Assembly: GCA_034521595.1 (NCBI GenBank)
Contig: JAXHMG010000003.1
Span: 2,016,001-2,080,000, forward strand
Direction of reading: 5' to 3'
DNA: 64,000 nucleotides
Source: Gemmatimonadota bacterium
GTDB taxonomy: Bacteria > Gemmatimonadota > Gemmatimonadetes > Longimicrobiales > Gaopeijiaceae
The position numbers and the translations under genes were made by a program. Shown here piece after piece: positions 51,947 to 61,616 of the stretch (position 1 is the first letter of the stretch; each line of letters opens with the position of its first letter). The notes under the pieces are model-generated. The model saw only the letters and a list, made by a program, of their open reading frames with translations, searched no databases and was not told the origin of the DNA.

Positions 51947-54499
51947 TCATCCGCACTCGCTGTAGCCGCACACGTGGCACGTCTTGCAGCCTTCCTCGAA
52001 GGCCAGCTGGCCGGAGCCGCAGTCGGGGCAAGCCCCCATGTCGAAGAGCTCCGGGCCGTGGTGCGTCGACGGGGACGGCTCCGGCCGAGCTCCGCCGTCG
52101 TTGCCCGACTCGGAGGACACGGGCACGCTCAGCGGGAGCGCCTCCTGCACGCCCTCCTTTTCCTCGAGATACCGTTCGATGGCCTGGCCGATGGCGTCGG
52201 GGGCCGAGAGCACCTTGTTGGGCCCGAGACCGACCGCACGGTCACAGGAGATCCCGCGGAGCTGATCCTTGACCTCTCGAATCGGGATGCCCGACCGCAG
52301 CCCGAGCGAGATGAGCCGCCCGATCGCCTCGGCGTCGGCCATGGCCGGCCCGCCCGCTTTGCCCAACGTACAGAAGACCTCGAACGGCCGGCCGCTCTCG
52401 TCCTCGTTGATCGTGACGTAGAGGTCCCCGAGCGGGGAGATCATCTTCATGGTGTAGCCCCGAAGCGCCTGCGGACGCTGACGCTTGTGGCGCGCGGCGC
52501 CGGCGCTCATGTCCTGATCTCGGAGCTCTCCGCGGAGCCGCTCGTTCTCGTAGCGCAGGTTGTGCGCTTCCTCACGGGCGTCCGCGACCTCGTGCTCGAG
52601 CTCGGAGATGTTCGCCGTGACCTCGGCGGGCACCTCGGTCTTCCCGGTCTTGCCCGTGGAGAGCACCTGGCCATCCCGCGAGCCGTCCCGATAAACCGTC
52701 ACCCCTTTGCAGTCGAGGCTGAACGCGAGCTCGTAGATCTCGCGGACGTGCTCCTGGGTCGCTTCCTTGGGGAAGTTGGTCGTCTTCGAGATGGCCGAAT
52801 CACAGTGCTCCTGGAAGGCGGCCTGCATGCGCACGTGCCACTCGGGCGTGATGTCGTGCGCGGTCCGGAACGTCTGCTGGATATACTCCGGGATCTCCTC
52901 GAAGTGGATGTGGCCTTCCTCGGCGATCCGTTCCATGAGCTCGTCGGTGTACCAGCCCCCTTCCTCGGCCAGGCGCACGAAGTCCGGATTGACGTCAGGC
53001 ATGACGGAGCCGGCCTGGTTCCGCATGAACGCGACCGCGAAGAGCGGCTCGATCCCCCCCGAGCATCCCGCGAAGATGGAAATGGTGCCGGTCGGCGCCA
53101 CGGTCGTGAGGTTGCAGTTCCTGAGGGGACGCTCGGGACGAATCCGGCTTCCGTCGGCGCGGCGCGCCGCCGTGTCGTCAGGGCCCCAGATGGACTGCTT
53201 CCACTCCGGAAAGACGCCACGCGTCTCGGCCAGCCGCTCCGAAGCCACGCGGGACTCCTCGCTCAAGAAGCCCATGACCTTCCGGGCGAGCGCGACGCCT
53301 TCCGCGGAGTCGTACGGAATTCCGAGACGGACCAGCATATCCGCCCAGCCCATGACCCCCAGCCCGATGCGGCGAATCCGCTGGGCGAGGTCGTGGATCT
53401 CCCGAAGCGGATACTGGTTGGCGTCGATCACGTTGTCGAGGAAGTGCGTGGAGAGATGCACCACCTGACGCAACGCTTCCCAGTCGATGCCCTCGTCGGG
53501 ATCGGTGCCCGGACGCGCCTCCGGCTTCACGAAGAGCCCGAGGTTCACGCTTCCCAGGTTGCAGACGTCGTACGGGAGCAGCGGTTGCTCGCCGCACGGG
53601 TTCGTGGCTTCGTAGCGGCCCAGGTGTGGCACGGGGTTGTACTCGTTCGCCCGGTCCACGAAGAACGTGCCCGGCTCACCGGTGCGCCACGCACCCTCCA
53701 CGATCAGATCGAAGATCTCGCGCGCGCTGTCCTGACCGACCACCGCCCCCGTCTTCGGGTTCACGAGGTCGTACGTCTCGTCCTTCGCGACCGCGTCCAT
53801 GAACGCGTCGGTGATCGCCACCGAGATGTTGAAGTTGGTGATCTGGGTCGTGTCGTTCTTGCACTCGATGAACCGACGGATGTCGGGATGGTCGACCCGA
53901 AGGATTCCCATGTTCGCGCCACGCCTGGTACCGCCCTGCTTCACCACGTCCGTGCTGGCGTCGTAGAGCCTCATGAACGAGACCGGACCGGAGGCGACTC
54001 CCATCGTTGAACGGACCGTCTCGCCCTCGGGCCGAAGGCGGGAGAACGAGAATCCGGTACCGCCCCCGGATTGGTGCACCAACGCCATGGAGCGGAGGGT
54101 GTCGTAGATGCCGCTCTTGCCGTTCGAGAGCGCGTCGTCGACGGGCAGCACGAAGCACGCGGAGAGCTGACCCAGCGGGCGTCCCGCGTTCATGAGGGTG
54201 GGCGAGTTCGGTTCGAACTTGCCGTTGATCATGAGGTCGTAGAACTGACGGGCGACCTCGTCCACGGCCGACTCGGAGGCGCCGTAGTCGGCGTCCACGT
54301 CCGCGATCGTCCGCGCCACGCGCCAGAACATGACCTCGGGCTCCTCGGTCGGCTGTCCCTCCGGATCCTTCTTCAAGTACCGCTTCGCGAGGACGATCCG
54401 GGCATTCTCCGTGAGCTCCGCCGGAGGAAGGTCGTCGGGAAGCGCGTCGTCGAAGATCACGGGCTCACGGGGCGGGCGCGGAGTGTGGATTCGAGGCAT
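51947..54499 (-). CDS. nrdJ: Vitamin B12-dependent (class II) ribonucleotide reductase with C-terminal TSCPD/Zn-ribbon domain
   Basis: [56 protein letters not shown]...[10 protein letters not shown]; no intein seen. Confidence 0.95.
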   Translation of the reverse strand: MPRIHTPRPPREPVIFDDALPDDLPPAELTENARIVLAKRYLKKDPEGQPTEEPEVMFWRVARTIADVDADYGASESAVDEVARQFYDLMINGKFEPNSPTLMNAGRPLGQLSACFVLPVDDALSNGKSGIYDTLRSMALVHQSGGGTGFSFSRLRPEGETVRSTMGVASGPVSFMRLYDASTDVVKQGGTRRGANMGILRVDHPDIRRFIECKNDTTQITNFNISVAITDAFMDAVAKDETYDLVNPKTGAVVGQDSAREIFDLIVEGAWRTGEPGTFFVDRANEYNPVPHLGRYEATNPCGEQPLLPYDVCNLGSVNLGLFVKPEARPGTDPDEGIDWEALRQVVHLSTHFLDNVIDANQYPLREIHDLAQRIRRIGLGVMGWADMLVRLGIPYDSAEGVALARKVMGFLSEESRVASERLAETRGVFPEWKQSIWGPDDTAARRADGSRIRPERPLRNCNLTTVAPTGTISIFAGCSGGIEPLFAVAFMRNQAGSVMPDVNPDFVRLAEEGGWYTDELMERIAEEGHIHFEEIPEYIQQTFRTAHDITPEWHVRMQAAFQEHCDSAISKTTNFPKEATQEHVREIYELAFSLDCKGVTVYRDGSRDGQVLSTGKTGKTEVPAEVTANISELEHEVADAREEAHNLRYENERLRGELRDQDMSAGAARHKRQRPQALRGYTMKMISPLGDLYVTINEDESGRPFEVFCTLGKAGGPAMADAEAIGRLISLGLRSGIPIREVKDQLRGISCDRAVGLGPNKVLSAPDAIGQAIERYLEEKEGVQEALPLSVPVSSESGNDGGARPEPSPSTHHGPELFDMGACPDCGSGQLAFEEGCKTCHVCGYSECG

Positions 54500-54626
54500 G
54501 GTGTGCGGTACTCCTCGTGCGGGTGGCGCTGTGGAAAAGCGGCGTGGAAAACGTTGGACACGACGTCGAAAACCGGCGGGAGACCGCCCGCGCCGTGGTG
54601 CTGCCTGTAGAATGCCGCGCCGGCTC

Positions 54627-54677
54627 CCACCGGATATGGGGCAGGGGCACAATAGGGGCCCAATATCTTGTGGTCAA
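54627..54677 (-). promoter_or_regulatory. Tandem NrdR boxes overlapping the nrdJ sigma70 promoter
   Basis: GCCCAATATCTTGTGG (54658-54673) and degenerate CCACCGGATATGGGGC (54627-54642), 31 bp apart; TTGACC-17-TATTGT. Confidence 0.75.
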
Positions 54678-54870
54678 GCACGTCCGGGCACCGCCCATGT
54701 CCAGAACGCCGAAAAGGCCCGGCCGGGGCGGATTCGCGGCGTGCGGGCGTCACGCCCGACGTCGCGGCGCGTGCCGCAGCACCGGTCTCGCACCGGGGGC
54801 CTGACGACTGATGTGCACACTACGGAGGCATACACTTCGGCGCCTGTTCGGTCCCCCGGATGTCTCCGGC

Positions 54871-54902
54871 CCAGGGGGCCAGGGGGCCAAGGGGCCAGCA
54901 GC
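54871..54902. repeat. Short 8-nt tandem repeat
   Basis: CCAGGGGG CCAGGGGG CCAAGGGG CCAGCAGC. Confidence 0.5.
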
Positions 54903-54949
54903 CCGTGGCAGGCGTCCGGCGGCCGTCGTTGGGAGCGCGCTACGAGCCG

Positions 54950-57900
54950 TTAGAAGGAGAGGCCGAGCCGTACGTACACGCTGGGACCGCCGCCTCCGAC
55001 GAGGGGTTGGGCGAGCCCCACGCGCGTCAGCAACGGGAAGTCGTAGAGCGCGACGACCTCGGCGGCCACCTCGGCTCCGACCGAAGCGAGGGGGCGTCGC
55101 GCCGCGCTCAGAAACGCCTCGGTCGTGTCCGGATCCCAGGCATCTCCCGCGTCGGCGAAGAGCGCACCCACGACCCGTCCCAGATAGAGCGGCCACGTGC
55201 CCAGCCCCCGATGGACCAGCCGAAGGGGAAAGCGATACTCGCCCGAAGCGGTCCAGGCGTACCGGCCCAGGCGCGACTGCCTCGGATAACCCCGGGCCCC
55301 GAAGAAGAGCGGTGATCCCCCGAAGAGGCGGAGTCCGCTCAGCGTCTCGGGCCGCCCCGAGGCGCCACCGACCTCGAAATGTCCGCCGGGAGCGTTGGGT
55401 CCCCCCGCGACTCCACCGGTGAGCTGGACCGCGAGCAGGTGCGAAGCGTGCCCGCGCCCGCCGAGCGGCACGTATCCACGCGCCCGTCCAACCACGTCGT
55501 CCACCGAACGATCCCGTCCGACGACGCCGCGCACGGAGTCGGGCGCATTGAGCTCCTGTCGTGACCGGCCGCTGAGAAAGAGATCGACGCCCTTCGAGCT
55601 CCCCACCTGAAACGCGTGCGACCTCGCAGTCGAGTACGAAACCGTGCCACGGACGTCCACGAGGTCGACGCTCGGACGTGCGAGACGATAGGACGTCGCA
55701 GCCCGGAGGTCGTTGTTCAGAAGCGTCCGTGCCTCCTCCACCAGGCCCGCGGTCACGGTGAGCTCCAACCGGTCGCGCCAGGACGGCACGCGGAACCGGC
55801 CCGACGCCGAGACGGAGCGCTCTCGCTCCAAGACGAAGAGGGTATCGGGGGCCGCCTCCGGATCGGAGCGTCCGAGGCGCACTCCGTCGTCGTCCCAGTG
55901 CTGCGACGCACTCAAGGAAAGCACGGGGTTGCCCAGCCCCCAGTACGCGTACGCCAGCCCACCTTCCACCTTCCCGCCGCTCGTGAACACGCGTCCGAAG
56001 GCATCGTAAGCGTGACGCCCGGCAATGTCGCGACTACCGGTCTGGGCGCCGACCCCGAAGCCGAGCAGCTCCCGTTCACGGATCGGCCCTTCCGAGGTCG
56101 ACTGGGCGGGTGTGCGCACGGGCGCCCGCAGCAATGGCTTCCAGTACCGTGGCAAGAGCGTGGGAATGGGCGAATACGCCTCCACCTCGCCCGTGGCCGC
56201 ACCGCCCTCGAACGGCCGCTCACGCTCGAAACGAGCGTGAGGTGGGGGCGCCTCGGGTGCGGCTCGAGGCTCGAACGGCATGCGCGCCACGTCCCACCCC
56301 TCGGCGTGATAAGCGCTATAGTGGAGGTGGCGCCCCGTCGGGTCGATCGACGGGAAGTTCACGCCGGTCCGGACGTTGCTGAGCAGCCGTGGCGGACCCG
56401 ACGTTCCCGTGTCGGGATCGAATGACGCGGCGAGCACGTTCAGAATTCCGGTTCGATCCGACGCCCAGACGACCCAGCGTCCGTCGGGGGACCAGCTCGG
56501 AGCCAGGTCGAGCGCCCGGTCGCTCGTGAGCTCCGCACGCACCGTGCCGGTTTCCGCGTCGAGCACGACCACGTCGTGCGCTCCGCCGCGCACCCTTCGC
56601 GTCGCCGCCACGAACGCCCCGTCCGGCGAGACGGCCGGGTCGCCCCAGTGCACGGCCCCGTCGGGCTCCGAGAGCGACGCCACGGATCCGTCCACGAGGC
56701 TTACGCGCACGAGCTCGCTGGTGCCTCCCCCTTCCTGCACGGCCACGGCCCATGTGCCGTCCGGACCTGCCGCCGGCTGCGCGAGACGGGCGGCGCGCGT
56801 CACACGCCGCGTCCGCCCGTCCGGTTCCACGAGGTAGAGATCACCGTAGACGCGGTACGGATCCTCGCGCTCGAGCTGCCCAACCAGAAGCCGCCCATCG
56901 GGCATCCAGTCGAACGAGGCCACTCCGTTGACCCTGACCGAGGCCGCGCGGCCCGCGCCCTGCACGGGCTCGAGCACGATACGGGTGTCCGACCGTCCGT
57001 CGGAGCGGACGTAGGCGAGCGTGCCGGCCGGGCCGACTTGGGGCTCGACGGCCCAACGAGCTCCGCTCGTGACCCAATGGGGTTCGGTGACGGAGCCGAG
57101 ATCGGCGAGCCGCTCCTCGAGGTCCGCATAGCGGGCCTCGAGGGAATCCGCCCATTCCCTCCATGCGTCGGAGAACGACACGTCGAACGCGTCCTGCGCC
57201 GCCGCGTCCAGCCGATACGGGACCCATTGACCCGCGACCGCCTCCGCGAAGGCCGCCATGCGATCCTCTCCGTGCCGCTCGAGCATGTGCTCGAAGAAGA
57301 GAGAGCCGTAGAGATACGGGCGGTTTCCCGCCGGCCATACGGGGGATGAAGCGGAGGCCTGCCCCACCCCCTCGAAGCGGTCTCCGAGCACGGCGGTCCG
57401 GATCTGCATCTCGTGGAACGTCCCGCGGAGGCGACCCGCATCCGTGAGCGCCGACTCGTACCACGTCGCGATCCCCTCCTTGACCCACCGCGGTGTGCCG
57501 TGGCCCGGGAAGAAGGGCCAGCGGGTCGGAACGCGTCCGAACACTGCCCGCAGGATCTGGCCGAGGGGGTTGTCCGTGGGGTCGAGGTGGACCACGTGCG
57601 CGAGCTCGTGCGTCAGCACCAGCTCCAACCAGTCGTCGAAATAACCCAACCCGGGCTCGTCGACCGGTGGGCGCGCGTAGATCGTGATGCGGTTCGACGG
57701 CGTCACGCGCGCGAAGCCGTTGGAGATGTCGGTGTGGTCGGTCAGCAGGATGTCGATCGTGCCCTCCGGCGCCGCCAGGAACGCCGAATCGAGCGCCGAA
57801 AGGGCGACTTCGGTTCGGTGCGCGGCTCGACGTCCGAGCGCCTCGAGCCGAGCCGGGAAGGTGACCCGAGCCCGCTCCGTCGAGATCGTCCGCCAGTCCT

Positions 57901-58054
57901 CGTCGGGCGGTGCCTGTTGGGCCTGACCCGTCGCACCGAAGGCCAGGAGCCCGGCGAGCGCCATCGCCACGGGTGCCACCCACCGTACCTTGCCGACAAG
58001 CCAAATCCGCGCGACCGTTCTGATAGTTCTTCTCCACATCTTCGGCTGGATCAT
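54950..58054 (-). CDS. Exported multidomain protein: gluzincin-like peptidase + PD40 beta-propeller + Omp85-like barrel
   Basis: THELAHVVH...WVKEGIAT; repeated SPDG; C-terminal YRFPL...LFADAGDAW...YVRLGLSF; start codon uncertain. Confidence 0.75.
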   Translation of the reverse strand: MIQPKMWRRTIRTVARIWLVGKVRWVAPVAMALAGLLAFGATGQAQQAPPDEDWRTISTERARVTFPARLEALGRRAAHRTEVALSALDSAFLAAPEGTIDILLTDHTDISNGFARVTPSNRITIYARPPVDEPGLGYFDDWLELVLTHELAHVVHLDPTDNPLGQILRAVFGRVPTRWPFFPGHGTPRWVKEGIATWYESALTDAGRLRGTFHEMQIRTAVLGDRFEGVGQASASSPVWPAGNRPYLYGSLFFEHMLERHGEDRMAAFAEAVAGQWVPYRLDAAAQDAFDVSFSDAWREWADSLEARYADLEERLADLGSVTEPHWVTSGARWAVEPQVGPAGTLAYVRSDGRSDTRIVLEPVQGAGRAASVRVNGVASFDWMPDGRLLVGQLEREDPYRVYGDLYLVEPDGRTRRVTRAARLAQPAAGPDGTWAVAVQEGGGTSELVRVSLVDGSVASLSEPDGAVHWGDPAVSPDGAFVAATRRVRGGAHDVVVLDAETGTVRAELTSDRALDLAPSWSPDGRWVVWASDRTGILNVLAASFDPDTGTSGPPRLLSNVRTGVNFPSIDPTGRHLHYSAYHAEGWDVARMPFEPRAAPEAPPPHARFERERPFEGGAATGEVEAYSPIPTLLPRYWKPLLRAPVRTPAQSTSEGPIRERELLGFGVGAQTGSRDIAGRHAYDAFGRVFTSGGKVEGGLAYAYWGLGNPVLSLSASQHWDDDGVRLGRSDPEAAPDTLFVLERERSVSASGRFRVPSWRDRLELTVTAGLVEEARTLLNNDLRAATSYRLARPSVDLVDVRGTVSYSTARSHAFQVGSSKGVDLFLSGRSRQELNAPDSVRGVVGRDRSVDDVVGRARGYVPLGGRGHASHLLAVQLTGGVAGGPNAPGGHFEVGGASGRPETLSGLRLFGGSPLFFGARGYPRQSRLGRYAWTASGEYRFPLRLVHRGLGTWPLYLGRVVGALFADAGDAWDPDTTEAFLSAARRPLASVGAEVAAEVVALYDFPLLTRVGLAQPLVGGGGPSVYVRLGLSF

Positions 58055-58059
58055 CGATC

Positions 58060-58770
58060 ATGTCCTCCGACACCCGACTCTGGTACCGACTCGGCTACCT
58101 GCTCGAGCGCCAGGGCAGCCGGCCCGCCGAAGTGGGTCATGCCCTGTCCGCCTTCAAGACACGCCTCCGCGAAGGAGCCGCCGGTCCCGCGTCCGACCGA
58201 AAGAACGAACCCGGAAACCCGTCCGACCGCACGCGGTCGTTCCCACTCCCTTCCTCCGATCAACTGATAGCCGCCGGGCTCACGGCGCTCGGCGGTCGGC
58301 TCCTCGCCGCCTGGAAGCCGCGCCACGGGACCGACGTCATGGACCTCGTCCGCTCGGGGCTGGCCGGCGTGGGCGCGGCGTTCGTGGTCGAGTTGGCTCG
58401 CCCGCTCCTCCGAGGCGAGCGCACGCTGCCCTCCCTCGACCAGAGCACGCTCGATCGGCTGCTCACCGGGCTGGCACAAGGACTGGTCTACGGCGCCGTG
58501 GTCGAGCCCAGGCTGGCCGGGCCGGGCGCGTTGAGGGGCGCGGTGTACGGCGTGGCCGAATACGCGGCGGTACCCGCGGGCGGTCTGTCCCGGATGTTCG
58601 GCCGTGCCACGCCTCAAGGTCGGATCCCCGTCGTGGGGCGGGCGTTGGACGGCTTCGACGGCCGGGACCGAGCGTTTCTCGAGCATCTGGCGTTCGGGGT
58701 CGTCATCGGGGTGCTCTACCGCGGTGAGCGGGAAAACAGCGGTATCAGGGAGGAGGTGGCGGGCGCGTGA
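58060..58770 (+). CDS. Hypothetical membrane protein
   Basis: 236-aa ORF with several hydrophobic segments and normal codon bias. Confidence 0.6.
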   Translation: MSSDTRLWYRLGYLLERQGSRPAEVGHALSAFKTRLREGAAGPASDRKNEPGNPSDRTRSFPLPSSDQLIAAGLTALGGRLLAAWKPRHGTDVMDLVRSGLAGVGAAFVVELARPLLRGERTLPSLDQSTLDRLLTGLAQGLVYGAVVEPRLAGPGALRGAVYGVAEYAAVPAGGLSRMFGRATPQGRIPVVGRALDGFDGRDRAFLEHLAFGVVIGVLYRGERENSGIREEVAGA

Positions 58771-60392
58771 CCTCCGTCGTCCGCCCCCTCGACAACATAG
58801 CTCCCGGGGCACCGAGGAATCGATACACTCCCGTCTCGTGACACGTCTCCGGAGCCGCGCTCGTCCTTCGGAAGGATCCCGAGGAGCTGGGCACCGCCCC
58901 CCGAGCCCGCACCGAAGTCCCGCACGAAGCAGAACGCCCCCGGCCTGGACCGGACCGCGGCCCCGACGAAGCGGCTCGCCTGTACGTCCCACCGGTCCAG
59001 AAGCACATAGCGCGCCCCCACCGCGTCGGCTTCATCGAGCTGCACGTCCGGATCGCCGTCGAACGGGAAGGTCCGACTCGGGACCCCACCGCTCATGACG
59101 TAGAAGATCCGGGGCTTGCGGGTCATCACGGCCGACCCCTCCGGCAACGTCCGGCCCATCCACTCCGCCGCACCTGCGAATTCGGCCACGCCCTCCCCGT
59201 AACAGGCGAACGGACCCGACGTGGCCGCGGCCGACGCACAGGCCCGTGCGTCTCGGACCGTCCCAAGCCAACTCCCCAGCGCGGGCAGGAGCAGGAGGAC
59301 CAGCGCTGCGGCCGCGACGACCCGGGCGCCCCCACCCATCCGGCGGGTCCAACCCTGGAGCGCGACCGTTCCGTACACGAGGCAGAGCGGGAGCACGGGC
59401 AGCACGAAGCGATCACCACCCCACACTTCCGGCCAGACGAGAATCAGCGCGACGTAGAGCGGAAGGAAAAGCTCCGCGGCCCCCGGAGCCTTCCGGATCT
59501 TCGCTCCCCATCCCCACGCGACCGCCACCACGAGGCCGATGCCGAGCGCCATCGTCCAGGCGCCCTGCGCGCCCACCACGGCATCGGGTAGGTGTCCGGT
59601 GACGTAGGTGACCGCGTTCCCGACCGCTCGGCCGGCCAACCCGGCCACCCCGACCGTCCCGAGACCGGGCTGGTAGGGATCCACCATCCAGAACTCCGAG
59701 ACGTAATCCCCCACCCCCTCGCCCCGTCCCCGAATCCACCACGCCACCGCGGGGAGCACGAACACGGCCGCGGCGACCGCCAGGGTTCGGAATCGGCGGC
59801 GAAGCGCCAGCCACCCGAGCACGGCGATCAGGAGCGGGAGGCCGGCCGAGCGGGTGAAGTAGGCGGCCAGCGCCGCGCCCAGCCCGAGGGCGATCCAGCC
59901 CCGATGCCACGAGCGCGCCTCCCCGGTCTCGAGCGCCCAGAGCGAGACGAGGATCAGCAAGACGAACACCGGGTCCGAGAGGATCCAGTGGCTGTAATAG
60001 ACCACGGCCGGCGCGGCGGCGACCAGGACGGCGACCGCGAAGGCGCTCCAGGGGCCGAGACGACGCTCGGCCCACACGAAGCTGAACCCGACCATCAGGA
60101 CCGTCGCGACCGCCACCACCCCTTTGAACACGGGCCAGGTGGCCGCCCCGAGCAACGCGAAGCCGGCGAGCAGCGCGGGAAAGAGGGGTGGGTACTTCGT
60201 ATGCGGCTGGTCGGCGGGGTCGTAGGCGTCGACGTAGCCCCGGCCGTTCGCGAGCGCGTCCGCGAGCGCCAGGTAGGCCGCGTTGTCGCCGCCGCTGTGC
60301 GGGGCCGGATTGAAGGCCCACGCCACGAGCCCGGCCGCCACGGCGACCGCGGCGGCGAGCAGCGACCAACGGAGCGGTCCGCGCATCGTCAC
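58716..60392 (-). CDS. GT-C type (ArnT/PMT-like) membrane glycosyltransferase
   Basis: GGDNAAY...KYPPLFP...ILSD...TRSAG; about 11 TM helices. Confidence 0.75.
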   Translation of the reverse strand: MTMRGPLRWSLLAAAVAVAAGLVAWAFNPAPHSGGDNAAYLALADALANGRGYVDAYDPADQPHTKYPPLFPALLAGFALLGAATWPVFKGVVAVATVLMVGFSFVWAERRLGPWSAFAVAVLVAAAPAVVYYSHWILSDPVFVLLILVSLWALETGEARSWHRGWIALGLGAALAAYFTRSAGLPLLIAVLGWLALRRRFRTLAVAAAVFVLPAVAWWIRGRGEGVGDYVSEFWMVDPYQPGLGTVGVAGLAGRAVGNAVTYVTGHLPDAVVGAQGAWTMALGIGLVVAVAWGWGAKIRKAPGAAELFLPLYVALILVWPEVWGGDRFVLPVLPLCLVYGTVALQGWTRRMGGGARVVAAAALVLLLLPALGSWLGTVRDARACASAAATSGPFACYGEGVAEFAGAAEWMGRTLPEGSAVMTRKPRIFYVMSGGVPSRTFPFDGDPDVQLDEADAVGARYVLLDRWDVQASRFVGAAVRSRPGAFCFVRDFGAGSGGGAQLLGILPKDERGSGDVSRDGSVSIPRCPGSYVVEGADDGGHAPATSSLIPLFSRSPR

Positions 60393-61291
60393 CCGGACGG
60401 TGCCTCCAGCGCCCGGGCCACGACGCCGCCGTGCGCGGCGAGCCGTTCCCGAGCCTCCGCGGCGTCGATGCCCAGCTGCCCCATGACGAGGGCCGTCTTC
60501 ACGTGCCCCTCCGCGCGCGCCAGCAGATGCGCGGCGTCATCCCGGGACACCTCCAGGAGGGCCACCAGGATGCGTTCGGCGCGGTCCTGGAGCTTCGAAC
60601 AGGTGACCTGGAGATCGACCATGAGGTTGCCGTGGACCTTTCCCAGCCGGACCATGGCGCCCGTGCTGATCGTGTTGAGCACGAGCTTGGTCGCGGTACC
60701 GGCTTTCATGCGCGTCGATCCGGTCACGACCTCGGGTCCCACGAGCGGAGCGATCACCACGTCGTGCGTGGCGAGGAGCTCCGCGCTCGGCGGCGTGCAC
60801 AGGAAGAACCCGGTCCGGGCGCCGAGCGTGCGGGACCGCTCCAGCGCGCCGTGCACGAAAGGCGTCGTGCCCGAGGTAGCGATGCCCAACACGAAATCCT
60901 CCGGGCCCACGCCGAGCTCGTCCACGGCCTCCGCCCCGTCGCCGGGCACGTCCTCAGCCCCTTCCCGGGCTCGCACCAGCGCCTCGTGCCCGCCGGCGAT
61001 CACCCCACGGACGAGGTCCGGGGACGTACCGTACGTTGGCGGCATCTCGGCGGCGTCGAGCACACCGAGCCGGCCCGAGGTGCCCGCCCCGACGTAGATG
61101 AGCCTCCCGCCACCGCGGAACGCCGCCTCGGCGAGATCCACCGCCCGTGCCACGTCGTGCCGGACCTCCCAGATCGCGTCCGGGACCCGGCGGTCCTCGG
61201 CATTGATCAGCTCGACGAGCTCGAGCGCGTCGAGCTCGTCCATCCGCTCGGAGCGCTCGTTCCGTTGTTCGGTCAGGCGTGTATCGAGCAT
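60389..61291 (-). CDS. murQ: N-acetylmuramic acid 6-phosphate etherase
   Basis: TEQRN, YVGAGTSGRLGVLDAAEMPPTYG, GPEVVTGSTRMKAGTATKLVLN. Confidence 0.95.
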   Translation of the reverse strand: MLDTRLTEQRNERSERMDELDALELVELINAEDRRVPDAIWEVRHDVARAVDLAEAAFRGGGRLIYVGAGTSGRLGVLDAAEMPPTYGTSPDLVRGVIAGGHEALVRAREGAEDVPGDGAEAVDELGVGPEDFVLGIATSGTTPFVHGALERSRTLGARTGFFLCTPPSAELLATHDVVIAPLVGPEVVTGSTRMKAGTATKLVLNTISTGAMVRLGKVHGNLMVDLQVTCSKLQDRAERILVALLEVSRDDAAHLLARAEGHVKTALVMGQLGIDAAEARERLAAHGGVVARALEAPSG

Positions 61292-61412
61292 GCGCTTGTA
61301 CGTCCTCCCGCCTACACTGATCTTCTTGAAGGAGAAGCTAGTGGGCTCCGCCCGGCGGCGTCCACTTCGCGCCGGCTCGCGGCGCGCCCGCGGACCTTCC
61401 ACCCCACGACCG

Positions 61413-61616
61413 ATGGCGCCCTCGTCCCGCTCCGTCCTCTCCGTGGCGCTCGGCACCGTGCTCGTGTTGAGCGCCTTCCTCGCGTGCGGGCCCCAGGACG
61501 CGTCCAGGTTCTCCGCGGACTGGCCATACCCCGAAGGTGGGGAGCCGGTCGTCACCGAGATGGAGCGCGGCGATCGTATCCGGACCACCGATCGCCGGAA
61601 GCCCGCGCATGGGTGA
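61413..61616 (+). CDS. Short lipoprotein-like ORF, possibly a truncated gene remnant
   Basis: MAPSSRSVLSVALGTVLVLSAFLAC lipobox followed by only about 42 residues. Confidence 0.4.
   Translation: MAPSSRSVLSVALGTVLVLSAFLACGPQDASRFSADWPYPEGGEPVVTEMERGDRIRTTDRRKPAHG

Noticed and set aside
51947-54499. Intein or intron in the RNR (also checked in rpoB/rpoC)
   Set aside because: Catalytic motifs are contiguous, and no splice-junction residues or homing endonuclease motifs were seen
54500-54949. Cobalamin riboswitch upstream of nrdJ
   Set aside because: No B12-box or GGGAA core seen; NrdR boxes account for the regulation
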